Positions 30,382-43,672 of a DNA stretch of 64,000 bases are shown piece by piece. Each line of letters opens with the position of its first letter. Within the stretch, counting starts at the first letter, position 1. This DNA comes from Opitutales bacterium. Its GTDB lineage: Bacteria > Verrucomicrobiota > Verrucomicrobiia > Opitutales > PNEW01. The position numbers and the translations under genes were made by a program. Below the pieces are notes generated by a model, which had not been told where the DNA came from, did not search any database, and saw only the letters and a list, made by a program, of their open reading frames with translations. Location: assembly GCA_965219535.1 (NCBI GenBank), contig CBDCNV010000002.1, positions 1,993,305 through 2,057,304 of the forward strand. The letters are read 5' to 3'.

Positions 30382-32805
30382 TCAGTTACTGCCATCCTCT
30401 ACTTGGATGATTTTAGAAATTCCAATGAGTTTATCTCCTTTGACAAGATTAATGAGCCTTACTCCCTGTGTTGTGCGGCCAATGATGCGAATGTCTTTGA
30501 CCGGAGAACGCACCGCTTGACCGGATTGTGTCAGCATCATTACTTCATCTTTTTCTTGGACGCTAAGCGCGCCCGCAACATCTGACGAACGTATCGCGAT
30601 AATACCACTGCCGCCCCTTTTCTGCAAACGGTATTGATCGAAGTTTGTACGTTTGCCTTGGCCGTTTTCGCCAGCAATTAGAAGGGTGGATTCGTTGTCA
30701 ACCACTTCAAATGTTTCGACACAATCATCTTTTCTCAAGGTTACTCCTTTGACTCCACGCGTAGCACGACCTTGATCACGCAAATTTGTCTCCTTGAATC
30801 TAATCGACATACCTTTATGGGTGACGATGACGAGCTCATTTTCGCCTTGGGTAAGTTTTGCTCCGATTAACTCATCACCTTTATCAATTTTGATGCCAAT
30901 AATTCCGCCCCGACGATAATTTCTGTAATGATGCAAGTTAGTTTTTTTAGTTATCCCATTCTTTGTGCACATCACAAGGTGTTGTTTATTTGTAAATTCA
31001 TTCACGCAAATCATCGCTGCGATCTTCTCATCTTTTATCATCTCGAGCACATTCACCACTGATCGGCCTTTTGATATGCGAGTTCCCTTTGGAATATCGT
31101 AAACTTTTTCGACATAGACACGACCGTTATTCATGAAAAACAGGATGAAGTCGTGAGTACTTGCGGTAAAAAGATTCTCAACAAAATCTTCATCGTGGGA
31201 ACCCGTGCCGATAACCCCTTTACCGCCTCTCTTTTGTGAACGATATGAACTAACGGGCGTGCGTTTGATAAATCCATTGTGAGTAACGGTTATAATACAA
31301 CCCTCGTTCGCGATTATATCCTCCATCCGAAATTCCCCCTCCGCGGCCATGAGTTGGGTGCGCCTTGAATTGTTATATTTCTCTTTCATCTCGAGAAGTT
31401 CGATTTTAATCAAATCAAGCAGTTCATTTTCGTTATCAAGAATCTTTTTCAATTCCTTGATTCGTTTCATCAGTTCTCGATATTCAGCTTCAATTTTTTC
31501 TCTCTCCATACCTGTGAGCTGATAAAGGCGAAGATCGAGAATGGCATTGGCTTGTCTTTCAGAAAGTGGATATTTAGCGATCAAGCTCAGTCTTGCTTCA
31601 TCCCGGTTCGCGCTGGCACGAATGATTTTAACAAAATCGTCCAGGTTGGTAAGAGCAGTTTTATATCCTTCCAGGATATGCGCACGGTCCAAAGCTTTAT
31701 TAAGACGAAATTCCGTTCGCCTATAAACTACCTCTCGGCGGTGCTCAATAAAACAACCGAGCATTTCCTTGATGTTCATTCCTTTTGGCCTGCGCTCGTC
31801 AAGAGCTAGAAGTATGACGCCAAATGAAGATTCCATAGGCGTCATTTTAAATAGTTTATTCACGATGACACGCGGCACTATTCCCCGTTTCAATTCAATC
31901 ACAATACGGGTGTTTTCATCGGATTCGTCGCGAAGGTCGCTGATTCCATCGAGTGACTTGCTTTGTGTGAGCTCAGCAATTTTTGTAACTAAATTGGATC
32001 GATTAACATTATAAGGAATTTCCGTTATAATTAATTGTTCTTTGCCGCCTTTAAGTTCCTCGGTGTGCACCGTTCCACGAACTTTAACAATACCGCGACC
32101 GCTTTTCATGTATTTCTCAATACCTTCTCTCCCCATGATTGCCCCACCGGTGGGGAAGTCAGGGCCGGGAATTATTTTAATTAATTCATCGACCGAAATT
32201 TCCGGATTGTCGATTATTGTAATTGTCGCATCGACTAACTCGCCCAGGTTGTGAGGGGGGATGTTCGTTGTCATGCCCACCGCAATCCCCGTGGACCCGT
32301 TCATGAGTAAATTTGGCAAAGCTGCTGGTAAGACGGCAGGCTCCGTGGTGCTCTCTTTATAATTCGGATTGAAATTAACCGTATTCTCATCGATGCTTCG
32401 CAGCATCTCTTCCGTAAGTTCGGTAAGACGGCATTCGGTATAGCGATAAGCAGCGGGGGGGTCACCGTCGATCGAACCAAAATTTCCCTGAGGGTCAATG
32501 AGCGGATAACGCATGACCCAGTCCTCTGCCATACGGACAAGAGTGTCATAAACTGAGGCGTCTCCATGAGGGTGGTAGTTTTTCAAGACTTCGCCAACCA
32601 CACCCGCACACTTATCGTAATTGCGATTATGGATTAAACCTTCTCGCAGCATTGCATATAATATTCGACGTTGTACCGGCTTTAAACCATCTCTGGCATC
32701 GGGGAGCGCCCGACTGATAATGACCGACATCGAATAATCGATGTAGGCTGTTTGCATGATCTCAGTGATGTTAGTCACTGTCGGGGTTTCATTTTCTGTA
32801 TACAT
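30382..32805 (-). CDS. gyrA: DNA gyrase subunit A
   Basis: 807 aa. LKPVQRRILYAM, HPHGDASVYDT (QRDR), AAYRYTECRLT (active-site Tyr), C-terminal beta-pinwheel repeats. Confidence 0.97.
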   Translation of the reverse strand: MYTENETPTVTNITEIMQTAYIDYSMSVIISRALPDARDGLKPVQRRILYAMLREGLIHNRNYDKCAGVVGEVLKNYHPHGDASVYDTLVRMAEDWVMRYPLIDPQGNFGSIDGDPPAAYRYTECRLTELTEEMLRSIDENTVNFNPNYKESTTEPAVLPAALPNLLMNGSTGIAVGMTTNIPPHNLGELVDATITIIDNPEISVDELIKIIPGPDFPTGGAIMGREGIEKYMKSGRGIVKVRGTVHTEELKGGKEQLIITEIPYNVNRSNLVTKIAELTQSKSLDGISDLRDESDENTRIVIELKRGIVPRVIVNKLFKMTPMESSFGVILLALDERRPKGMNIKEMLGCFIEHRREVVYRRTEFRLNKALDRAHILEGYKTALTNLDDFVKIIRASANRDEARLSLIAKYPLSERQANAILDLRLYQLTGMEREKIEAEYRELMKRIKELKKILDNENELLDLIKIELLEMKEKYNNSRRTQLMAAEGEFRMEDIIANEGCIITVTHNGFIKRTPVSSYRSQKRGGKGVIGTGSHDEDFVENLFTASTHDFILFFMNNGRVYVEKVYDIPKGTRISKGRSVVNVLEMIKDEKIAAMICVNEFTNKQHLVMCTKNGITKKTNLHHYRNYRRGGIIGIKIDKGDELIGAKLTQGENELVIVTHKGMSIRFKETNLRDQGRATRGVKGVTLRKDDCVETFEVVDNESTLLIAGENGQGKRTNFDQYRLQKRGGSGIIAIRSSDVAGALSVQEKDEVMMLTQSGQAVRSPVKDIRIIGRTTQGVRLINLVKGDKLIGISKIIQVEDGSN

Positions 32806-32873
32806 TGCGGGAAGATGAAATAAATAAAATTGAAATAAATATTATTTTTACGATCTACTTTCTCTCAAACCCC

Positions 32874-35396
<2,523 letters not shown>

Positions 35397-35535
35397 TTAA
35401 TTATTTTCTATAGGGTTAATAGAAAAATTGCGAATCATTTTTACTGTTTTCTACCTTAAAAGTGAAGAAATTTGAGACCGAGTAGAGCTTGTTTTTTGGT
35501 TTGCTACTAGAGATAAAGATATATTAATTACTGTA

Positions 35536-35949
35536 ATGAAAGTCTCTATGAAAGTAGAGTATGCCTGTCGGGTTCTGGCGCAGTTGGCTCGATGCCAGGG
35601 AAACAAGAAACTCTCTCATATTGAAGAGCTTGCCAAAGCTGAAGAAATACCTGCGAACTACCTTGTGCAAATCCTTAATGAGTTGAAAAATGGGGGTCTG
35701 ATCATCAGCCGCCGTGGTAAACAGGGGGGGTATGCACTGGCTAAAAATCCGAGTGAAATCACGCTTAATGAAGTGGTGCGTGTAATCGATGGTGAAGTGA
35801 TTGAATTGAACTTCTCAGGTAATGGACAATCGGGCCTGAGAGTGGCACAAGTTTGGGCGGAAATTGCGCATAATTTAGAGGCAAAGATGAATGATTATAC
35901 GTTGGAATCTTTTCTTCAACCTGAATCGGAATCGATGTACTATATTTAG
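35536..35949 (+). CDS. Rrf2-family transcriptional regulator
   Basis: 137 aa. MKVEYACRVLAQLA...IPANYLVQILNELKNGGLIISRRGKQGGYALAK is a typical Rrf2 wHTH. No C-terminal Cys cluster seen. Confidence 0.8.
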   Translation: MKVSMKVEYACRVLAQLARCQGNKKLSHIEELAKAEEIPANYLVQILNELKNGGLIISRRGKQGGYALAKNPSEITLNEVVRVIDGEVIELNFSGNGQSGLRVAQVWAEIAHNLEAKMNDYTLESFLQPESESMYYI

Positions 35950-36157
35950 TGATTATCTTCGCTGCTAATCCAAGCAATAGATAATCTAATAGCTCTGGGC
36001 CACGGCATAAAATCGATATTCAGGACATCCAAATAATGGATTTCTCAAGCGTGGGGCTCGGTCGTGAATACCTCCATTATAGAGTATGAACGATCACGTT
36101 GCTTTTCATGACTTTTGAATGCATCCAGATTAACTTACGGGTCAGAATGTGATTTTT

Positions 36158-36769
36158 TCATATAAGTATATCCGTATAATCAGATACCCATTTCTTTAAA
36201 TCCTTGTTTAGTGATTCGATAGTTGCAGCCGAAATTTCCTGTTCATTTATTGGATATTTAAGTATGGATGCGACAGCATCTCGTTTGGAATGACTAATCG
36301 ATTTCCACCACTGTTCTTTTATCGGGTAACCTTCTTTCCTAACAAAGAGATAAAGAGATTTAAAAAAAACTGCTTCAGGCCTAATATTTGATTCCCAACT
36401 CTCTAAGGCCTGGGCGAAAAGTTGAAAAACAGGTGGTGAAAAATCAGCATGCATCAGGGTTCTTATTAAAATACGGGAAAAATCAGAAGCATAGAAAAAT
36501 GTTTTATAATCATTTCCAATTGCCTGGTAGCGCTTGAGCAGTTGAAAATCACGCATAAAACAAACCTTACCTTGTGCGGATTGGTCCAGTTCAACCGCGG
36601 CATAATCAAAAATGTCCGGTTGTGTTTTTACTGAAGGCTTATTTGATCTCCGTTTTAAGCAGAGCATCAATCCTTTTTTATCGGCAAGGATCTGGTATCG
36701 CGAATGCGATTCACCTGTGGTTTCCTTACTTAATATAAAGCCTTCAATCGATAGTTGGCGTCCTGCCAT
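36158..36769 (-). CDS. RecO-like DNA repair protein (tentative)
   Basis: 203 aa. The N-terminal IEGFILSKETTGESHSRYQILADKKGL resembles the RecO OB-fold start. Sits at the end of a ybeY-containing operon, where recO is commonly found. No zinc finger. Confidence 0.4.
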   Translation of the reverse strand: MAGRQLSIEGFILSKETTGESHSRYQILADKKGLMLCLKRRSNKPSVKTQPDIFDYAAVELDQSAQGKVCFMRDFQLLKRYQAIGNDYKTFFYASDFSRILIRTLMHADFSPPVFQLFAQALESWESNIRPEAVFFKSLYLFVRKEGYPIKEQWWKSISHSKRDAVASILKYPINEQEISAATIESLNKDLKKWVSDYTDILI

Positions 36770-36774
36770 ACAAC

Positions 36775-37497
36775 TTAATCCACGACCTCTTTTTGCGTGG
36801 CTTCCGCATTTGAAATATTATCAGTATTGATAGTTTCAGGAACCGTGACTTCGACGAACTCGTTCGTTCCACGTTCTGAATTATAATGAGGGACTACTGC
36901 CCCACCTGAAACAATTAACTTCATTCCGTCGGCTACAGTCATATCCAGTTCTTGGACGTCATCTTTAGGAACCATAATGAGATAACCACTCGTCGGGTTG
37001 GGAGTAGTGGGTAGAAAGACATTAATTATATCATGGGGGGTTTTGTTTTGCACTTCCCCTTTGCTTCTACCCGTTAAAAAACCCATAGCGTAAATATCCT
37101 TACGGGGAAATTCAATAAGTACGACCTTCTGAAATATCGCACTTTTTTGTCGTGCAAAGGTATCGATGATTTGTTTCACCGTATTATAAACTGTTTTTAT
37201 AAAGGGGAGGCTTGTGATAATTTTCTCAGTCATTTGAACCGTAAATTTGCCAAAGAAGTATTTAGAAAACCATCCGATTAGGGTTATCAAAATCAGGACC
37301 ACTAAGGTGGCGAGAATATTAAGTAGGGCCGAGAGGACAGTTTTATCAAATATTTCATCGGGGATGAAAAAAAAGAAAAGCTGAGCCGTGGGCGCTCCAA
37401 TGCTACCTACGAGCGTTCTGATAACATAGACCGTGACAACGACCGGCGCGAGAACGATCAACCCGGAGATAAACGCATTTCTGATAGCCTTAAACAT
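36775..37497 (-). CDS. DUF502-family membrane protein
   Basis: 240 aa with two N-terminal TM helices and the conserved ...VFLPTTPNPTSGYLIMVP... block characteristic of DUF502. Confidence 0.7.
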   Translation of the reverse strand: MFKAIRNAFISGLIVLAPVVVTVYVIRTLVGSIGAPTAQLFFFFIPDEIFDKTVLSALLNILATLVVLILITLIGWFSKYFFGKFTVQMTEKIITSLPFIKTVYNTVKQIIDTFARQKSAIFQKVVLIEFPRKDIYAMGFLTGRSKGEVQNKTPHDIINVFLPTTPNPTSGYLIMVPKDDVQELDMTVADGMKLIVSGGAVVPHYNSERGTNEFVEVTVPETINTDNISNAEATQKEVVD

Positions 37498-37576
37498 CGT
37501 TGGAATAGGGAATTGATTACCTGTAACTATTGATATGTTCGGTATATCGTCCTAACAAGAAAAAAATATTGTTTAT

Positions 37577-38062
37577 TTAATCTGAACGAAGAATAAAAGA
37601 GGGGATTTTTTTTGCCGTTATAGCTGCAGACATAATCCTTTTTTCGGCGTCTCTCATCGAGTTGCGGTCACCTTCACTATTGTCATTATAGCCGACAAGA
37701 TGCAGCCATCCGTGGACCAGATAGAGCGTGATTTCTTGCGCTAGTGTGAGATCGTGATCGGGTGCTGATTCTTGGGCGACATCAACGCAAACACAAATCT
37801 CACCTGCAAAGTCCATTGAGTGATCGCCTTCAAAAGTGATGACGTCGGTAATACTCGCATCGTTAAAATATGCCGAATGCAGGCGCTGTATTTCTTCGCT
37901 CTCGATAAATGCAACTGACAGTTCACCATCGGGGATTTTTTCTGAGCAGATATCGCGATCTAGGAAATGGAAGAGAGAGCGCACCTTACTAACCTGGCAT
38001 TCCAATCGATTGCAACGGTTAATGACCTGTACGTTGCGCGGCTTTCTCTTCGATTGAGACAT
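37577..38062 (-). CDS. ybeY: rRNA maturation endoribonuclease YbeY
   Basis: 161 aa. Metal-binding motif HGWLHLVGY. Follows the phoH and HD-domain genes as in many bacteria. The annotated start overlaps the upstream gene by 44 nt. Confidence 0.85.
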   Translation of the reverse strand: MSQSKRKPRNVQVINRCNRLECQVSKVRSLFHFLDRDICSEKIPDGELSVAFIESEEIQRLHSAYFNDASITDVITFEGDHSMDFAGEICVCVDVAQESAPDHDLTLAQEITLYLVHGWLHLVGYNDNSEGDRNSMRDAEKRIMSAAITAKKIPSFILRSD

Positions 38063-40475
38063 CGGGACTGCTTATTTCCTGGGTGACATTGCTTGTAATC
38101 GGTTCTTTTTCAGATAGAGATTTCACTTCAAGCTGATCTTCTTTTTTCGGATAATCAACGCGTGTATGAAGCATGTTAAGGAGAGTAAATGAAAAACTGC
38201 TTTTAAGGTCATTGACTTCTTCAAATGTAAGCGGACAATCTGAAAGCTGTCTGCTTTCGATTCGATCTTTGCAGATATCTTCAATCAGATCATCAACAGC
38301 TTGAGGAGATATTTTTCTCAGGCTTCGGCTCGCCGCTTCAATGGAATCTGCGAGTAAGATTATTGCACTTTCTTTGAATTGCGGTTTAGGCCCCTCGTAG
38401 CGGTAGGTGCTCTCATTTACTTTGTCGAGTTCAACCTTTGGTGCATTGGGGAATATCCACGGGGTGAGATCTTTCTGTTTTTTTAGTGCCATGTAGTAAA
38501 AGTATTGGATGAGAGAGGTCCCATGATGCTGCCTGATGACGTCAATAATCGGCTTAGGCAACTTATGTTGCCGCGCTAGTTGCACCCCTTCTTTAACATG
38601 GCTTTTAATGACGAGAGCACTCATCGATGGATTCTGGACAAGGTGGGGATTTATCCCCTCCCTTTGATTTTCCGTAAAATACTGGGGTTTGACAATTTTA
38701 CCGATGTCATGGAATAGAGAACAAACACGGCAGATGAGAGGGTTTGCTCCAATCGCCGCCGCTCCGTTTTCCGCTAAATTAGCCACCATCAGGCTATGGT
38801 GATAACTGCCTGGAGCGAGGACCTGCATCCGCCGTAACAAGGGATGATTAAAATCCGTCAGTTCGAGAAGTGAAATATTAGTCGTGTACTTAAAAATCTG
38901 TTCTAAGATAGGGAGGAATCCCAAGGCAATTACCCCAGTCGCTATACCGATTAGTTGAGCGGCCATCATTTGTTTAGCAATAACAAATATGTCGAGTGCA
39001 TCACGTATACCTAAAAAGAAAGTGCATAAAGCAAGGCAAAGCCCGGAATAGGCACCGGCTCTTACGACGCGGCCACGCAGTTGGATATTTCGACAGTAAT
39101 AAATACCCACGATTGAAGAAAGGAAAGTGATCAATAATAAGGGTAGCGAGTTACCATGCATTAATGCATTGAAGATACTTATTTCAAGGGCGACGAATAT
39201 GCCCGGACCAGAACCAATAAGTATGGATACGATAATCGGACCCAGTAAAGTGGGTGCGAGAAAGGGTAATATCGCGGTTAAAGTATTGGAACTTTGACTG
39301 AGAATTCCAATTTCACCAAATTCAATAACGAGTCGGATAATGGCAAGATTAAACAAGATAACGACAGCCGAAAGGGTGAGTGCCCGATTGTGTTTACTTA
39401 GCTGTCGGCTTCCAACTTTAATGAATATTATTGAAGAGAGTAGCACGGCACAGGTCATAAAAATGCGTTCCCAGATGAGGGAATTAAAACTGAAACCAGT
39501 ATCCATGGTTTTTTGGATCGATTTTCTATAAGCATTTAACTTTTCAATATCTATCGGCATTACCTTGGATCCGGGCTCGATTATTGTTTCACCTTCCTCC
39601 ACGGAAATGATCACGGGTTCGACGCCGGCTAGTACTTGTTGAATGCGTTCCTCGCTTTTTTCAGGATCGTATACCAGGTTTGGACCGAGTCCATTGCGCA
39701 AAAGTCTATAGAGGGCCGCCGAGGCTTCTCGCGTAATATCCAGGGCTAAAAGATTTATCCGAAGAGAGCGCAAAGCGTCTTCTTCTGATTGCATTTCCAC
39801 CTGGACGATGTGGCCGGTTCCTTTTTGGATGTTGAAAAAACTTAATCTTCCGGTCTGGAGCTTTATCTCTGAATGCTCAGCGTCATATATGCCCTCTCGA
39901 AATATGTCCTGCATAATTTTAAGCCCCTCTTCAAAGGCTATATCCCGTTTATTATCATTTAGTTCGGTAATAATTATCGAGAGATCTTCCGAATACAAGT
40001 GATAAGGGCCTTGCGCTTGTGGGTCAAATTCCTGGGTAAAAGTTTCAATCGCAACCTTCTTTTCTGCAGGAGAATGATCAATAACTTTTCTATTCAATTC
40101 GTTGAGACCGGTAATTAATCTTTCAATATATGCGGAAAAGTTTTCATACGGCGTCGAATCTAATCGATAGATAGGAGGGACTCGCCGTCTTCGACTGTTA
40201 ACGATAGATTGGGTTCGAATATTACTCTCGTAGCTGAATGTAGTTTCAGCGACAATGCGTATACGAGCGATTTGTTCAGGAAGAATTTGTGGTCCGGCGG
40301 GGGAAAGCCCGACGAAGCAAATAAAAATTACGAAAATGGCAAAACTTATAAATAAGGTGAGCGAAATAATCTGGCGAGAATCCAGAAAATTTTTAGGTTC
40401 TGTATTATCCCTGACTCGGCGATGATTGCCAAATACGGACGAACGCAATTTCTTAATTAAAGGTGATATTACCAT
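38019..40475 (-). CDS. 7TM-receptor HD-domain phosphohydrolase (PgpH/YqfF-like)
   Basis: 818 aa. N-terminal TM and extracytoplasmic domain, 7-TM block, C-terminal HD domain (HHSLMVANLAE..., LFHDIGK). Confidence 0.8.
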   Translation of the reverse strand: MVISPLIKKLRSSVFGNHRRVRDNTEPKNFLDSRQIISLTLFISFAIFVIFICFVGLSPAGPQILPEQIARIRIVAETTFSYESNIRTQSIVNSRRRRVPPIYRLDSTPYENFSAYIERLITGLNELNRKVIDHSPAEKKVAIETFTQEFDPQAQGPYHLYSEDLSIIITELNDNKRDIAFEEGLKIMQDIFREGIYDAEHSEIKLQTGRLSFFNIQKGTGHIVQVEMQSEEDALRSLRINLLALDITREASAALYRLLRNGLGPNLVYDPEKSEERIQQVLAGVEPVIISVEEGETIIEPGSKVMPIDIEKLNAYRKSIQKTMDTGFSFNSLIWERIFMTCAVLLSSIIFIKVGSRQLSKHNRALTLSAVVILFNLAIIRLVIEFGEIGILSQSSNTLTAILPFLAPTLLGPIIVSILIGSGPGIFVALEISIFNALMHGNSLPLLLITFLSSIVGIYYCRNIQLRGRVVRAGAYSGLCLALCTFFLGIRDALDIFVIAKQMMAAQLIGIATGVIALGFLPILEQIFKYTTNISLLELTDFNHPLLRRMQVLAPGSYHHSLMVANLAENGAAAIGANPLICRVCSLFHDIGKIVKPQYFTENQREGINPHLVQNPSMSALVIKSHVKEGVQLARQHKLPKPIIDVIRQHHGTSLIQYFYYMALKKQKDLTPWIFPNAPKVELDKVNESTYRYEGPKPQFKESAIILLADSIEAASRSLRKISPQAVDDLIEDICKDRIESRQLSDCPLTFEEVNDLKSSFSFTLLNMLHTRVDYPKKEDQLEVKSLSEKEPITSNVTQEISSPDVSIEEKAAQRTGH

Positions 40476-40497
40476 GACTGATTGGCACTCCTAAGGA

Positions 40498-41490
40498 TTA
40501 ATCCTGGAGGCTGGAATTGGCCCTATGATTCCCATCTCCTTCAGCGTGATAATTTTCATAGGCTTCGATAATATTCTGCACCAGTGGGTTCCGTACTACA
40601 TCCGTAGCTTGCAAATAAAATAAATGAACGCCTTGCGTGCGCATTAATACTTTGGTCGCTTCTTTTAGGCCAGAATTCTTTGAATTCGGGAGGTCGATCT
40701 GAGTGATGTCACCCGTAATTACCATGCGGCTGCGATCCCCCATACGCGTGAGAAACATCATCATTTGCTCCGGGGTAGTGTTTTGCGCTTCGTCCAGGAT
40801 AACAAATGCATTGGAAAGCGTTCGCCCACGCATATAGGCAAGAGGCGCGATTTCAATCGCTCCACGATCGATGAGGCGAGTTGAAATATCGCGTCCAAGC
40901 ATAGCGTACATGGCATCATAGAGTGGACGTAAGTAGGGGTGGATTTTTTCCGTTAGATCTCCCGGTAAAAATCCCAGTGCCTCACCTGCTTCGACTGCAG
41001 GTCGCGTAAGGATGATACGATCGATCTCTTCTTTGAGCAGCGCATCTATCGCCGCAGCCATTGCCAAATAAGTTTTACCTGTTCCTGCAGGCCCAACGCC
41101 CAGAACGATATCGTTGTTCTGTATCGCTTGAAGATATTTTTTTTGATTCATCGTTTTAGGAACGATGCTTTTATTTTTAATCCGTATGATCAGGGGATGA
41201 TCAAAAACATCCTTGAGCTCGGAGCCGTGACCGTTGGCAATGGAATTTAAAATATTCTCAAAGTCTGAGTCTTGAATATTCATGCCTTGAGTGCGTCCTT
41301 CAGCGAGCATGTTAAAAAATAATTCAGTCTTTGAAATATCCTCTTGGGCACCACTCACGCGGAGCCAATCTTCACGAGTAACGATGTTTACGGATAACAT
41401 TTCCTCAACTTTAGATAGGTTACTATCCCGAGCACAATATAACTGGTTGAGCAGGCGGGGGTTATTAAAATAAAGGGTCTTTTCTGTCAT
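40498..41490 (-). CDS. ybeZ: PhoH-like ATPase (YbeZ)
   Basis: 330 aa. Walker A GPAGTGKTYLA and Walker B FVILDEAQN. Confidence 0.9.
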   Translation of the reverse strand: MTEKTLYFNNPRLLNQLYCARDSNLSKVEEMLSVNIVTREDWLRVSGAQEDISKTELFFNMLAEGRTQGMNIQDSDFENILNSIANGHGSELKDVFDHPLIIRIKNKSIVPKTMNQKKYLQAIQNNDIVLGVGPAGTGKTYLAMAAAIDALLKEEIDRIILTRPAVEAGEALGFLPGDLTEKIHPYLRPLYDAMYAMLGRDISTRLIDRGAIEIAPLAYMRGRTLSNAFVILDEAQNTTPEQMMMFLTRMGDRSRMVITGDITQIDLPNSKNSGLKEATKVLMRTQGVHLFYLQATDVVRNPLVQNIIEAYENYHAEGDGNHRANSSLQD

Positions 41491-41527
41491 TTGCCCTCTC
41501 GATTTACTGGGGGATCGGTATTGATGA

Positions 41528-42010
41528 TCAGCAATTAGCTTTTAATTTTTCCCAAGTATCCGTCAGTGCCTCTGGAAGAACTTTTGTCTTTCCAATAACG
41601 GGCATGAAATTGGTATCACCCTCCCACCGTGGGACGATGTGACAATGGAGATGTGTGGGGATGCCTGCGCCGGCTGAGCATCCTAAATTAAAACCAATAT
41701 TAAAGCCGTCTGGGTTAAACGTTTTTTGCAATATCTCTTTGCCCTTTATTATCGTAGCCATGAGATCGTTGCGCTCGTCTATTTCCAAGTCACTGAGATC
41801 CGCAACTTCGCGATAAGGGACAGTCAATAGATGACCTGGATTGTAAGGGTATTTATTCAAGATAAGATAAGATTGTTGTCCGCGGTAAATAATAAGAGCT
41901 TCTTTATCATCACCGAGTTCGGGCAGGCATAGAAAAGGGTTTCCAAAACTTTCATCCGTTTTTGGAGTCTCAATATATTCCATACGCCAATATGCGTGAA
42001 GTGTTTCCAT
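41528..42010 (-). CDS. HIT-family nucleotide hydrolase/transferase
   Basis: 160 aa. Histidine triad HLHCHIVPRW. Confidence 0.8.
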   Translation of the reverse strand: METLHAYWRMEYIETPKTDESFGNPFLCLPELGDDKEALIIYRGQQSYLILNKYPYNPGHLLTVPYREVADLSDLEIDERNDLMATIIKGKEILQKTFNPDGFNIGFNLGCSAGAGIPTHLHCHIVPRWEGDTNFMPVIGKTKVLPEALTDTWEKLKANC

Positions 42011-42610
42011 TTCGCCTCAAATTTTTTATTTCGTAACAGGGGACGAAAATTAAATACCGTCTATACTTAAAAAAGACGAAAAAAGCGTAAAGTTTTTCCC
42101 ACCCTTCGTCCACCTCTTATTTCAAGCAAATAAAGCAATTAATCGATCAACAAGATGCTTAATTTGCACATTTTCATGAGGGAATAAATTTATCATATCT
42201 TAGCTGTGTGTGTCATCTGGCTTCCTTCAGGGATGTTGGACTCCACGCGACTCCGGTTAAAATTAAATCGATATTTTTCAACTGTTGTCATGTCATATTT
42301 TTTTAAATAAATTATCGTTCGCATATCAAGTTTGCTTACGAAGAAGAAGATACAAAATGATGATTTATTATGCTCACTATACTCACGAATAAGCCCCTCA
42401 TTTTTTTTCATGGGCGTTTTTTTAAGCAGACATATACAAGAAAACTATGATGGCTATTAGAAAAATGATATGAGAGACAACTGGATACTGTTTTATCTTA
42501 TTCTCGCACTCTTTGGGAAAGAGCGATTCATTTCACTTGCGTGCCTCTAATGATTGTTCTTCTTTTAACTTTAATTTGTATACAGCTTACGAAATCATAA
42601 TTATTTTAAG

Positions 42611-43054
42611 ATGGTTCATCGGACAAAAATAAAAGGCATTTTTCTCCTTCTTACGACGGTGATGATCCTGGGATTATTTGCACAGATTATCCCTGATGCC
42701 CCCGTAATTGATTTTAAGCTGCCGATGTTTGGTGAAAATGGATACAAGATATGGGAATTACAAGGTGATGAAGGCCGTTATATCAATGCCGGGAGGATTG
42801 ATGTTATCAACCTGAAGTTACGCGTTTATTCTGGAGATGAGTCACTTGCGCTCGATACGACAATTGAAAGTCCTAAAGCGATAATGCTTGTTCGCAGAAA
42901 TAGGGCATTGAGCAATGCTTCTATTCGAATGCTTGGATCTAATTATGAAATAATGGGATCTGATTGGATTTGGGAAGGATCCAATCGGACCCTTAAAGTG
43001 AAAAAAAATGTGCGTGTTAACTTTCAAGATAGGCTTACAGATATATTAAAATGA
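42611..43054 (+). CDS. lptC: LptC-like LPS export protein (tentative)
   Basis: 147 aa. Single N-terminal TM anchor plus a beta-rich domain. Its end overlaps the start of an OstA-like gene by 4 nt, with lptB following. Confidence 0.5.
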   Translation: MVHRTKIKGIFLLLTTVMILGLFAQIIPDAPVIDFKLPMFGENGYKIWELQGDEGRYINAGRIDVINLKLRVYSGDESLALDTTIESPKAIMLVRRNRALSNASIRMLGSNYEIMGSDWIWEGSNRTLKVKKNVRVNFQDRLTDILK

Positions 43055-43638
43055 ATAAATTATTTCTCCTCTTGGCACTGATACCCTGCATTTTATCCGG
43101 TTTTCGTATCACTGATGGCGAAAAGACAATCGCGGATCAATATATTTCACCCCTTACTGTCGTTAGAAGTGAATCACTCAAAATGACGAGTACTCCAGAA
43201 CTAAACTACTTTTATTTTAGCGAAAATGTGACTATTACCGGTAACAACCTACTCGTTAAATGTGATAATCTTGAAGTAACAGCAAATCGTTCGGGAGAAG
43301 CTGAGGCGACGATAGGTCGAATTGGCGTTATTAAAAAAATTGTTGCTCTCGGTTCAGTAGAAATATTTCAGGCCGGTCGAGCGGCTCTCGCAGGTCGAGC
43401 TGAATTACTTCCTGCTGAAGACAAAATTATACTTACCGATTCGCCCCAAATCCTGGATCGAAAAGCAACAGTTAGTGGGTGGCGTATTACCTTGTTGAAA
43501 GGAAATCGCACAGCGATCGTCGAAAACAATCCGGATGACACCGGCGGGAGTCGACCGACAGTTGTTCTCGATGCCTTGCCAAATTTGGGATTTGATGATA
43601 ATGAAAATGCTGATACCGAGGAAAGAGAATCCGAATAA
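43051..43638 (+). CDS. lptA: LptA/OstA-like periplasmic LPS transport protein
   Basis: 195 aa. Signal peptide and an OstA-N-like repeating beta pattern (LLVKCDNLEV...GSVEIFQAGRAALAGRAEL...). Synteny with lptB. Confidence 0.6.
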   Translation: MNKLFLLLALIPCILSGFRITDGEKTIADQYISPLTVVRSESLKMTSTPELNYFYFSENVTITGNNLLVKCDNLEVTANRSGEAEATIGRIGVIKKIVALGSVEIFQAGRAALAGRAELLPAEDKIILTDSPQILDRKATVSGWRITLLKGNRTAIVENNPDDTGGSRPTVVLDALPNLGFDDNENADTEERESE

Positions 43639-43672
43639 TTCACAGCTGGTGACAGGATGATCATATAATAAG

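Noticed and set aside
42193-42411. 72-aa minus-strand ORF in the 600-bp gap.
   Set aside because: No visible ribosome-binding site, AT-driven K/N/F/I-rich composition, and no recognisable motif. The region is kept only as unexplained non-coding space.
43073-43090. Sigma54-like promoter TGGCAC-N7-CTGCA.
   Set aside because: The spacing between the GG and GC elements is two nt too long. The site lies inside the lptA-like signal-peptide codons, with no gene to drive.
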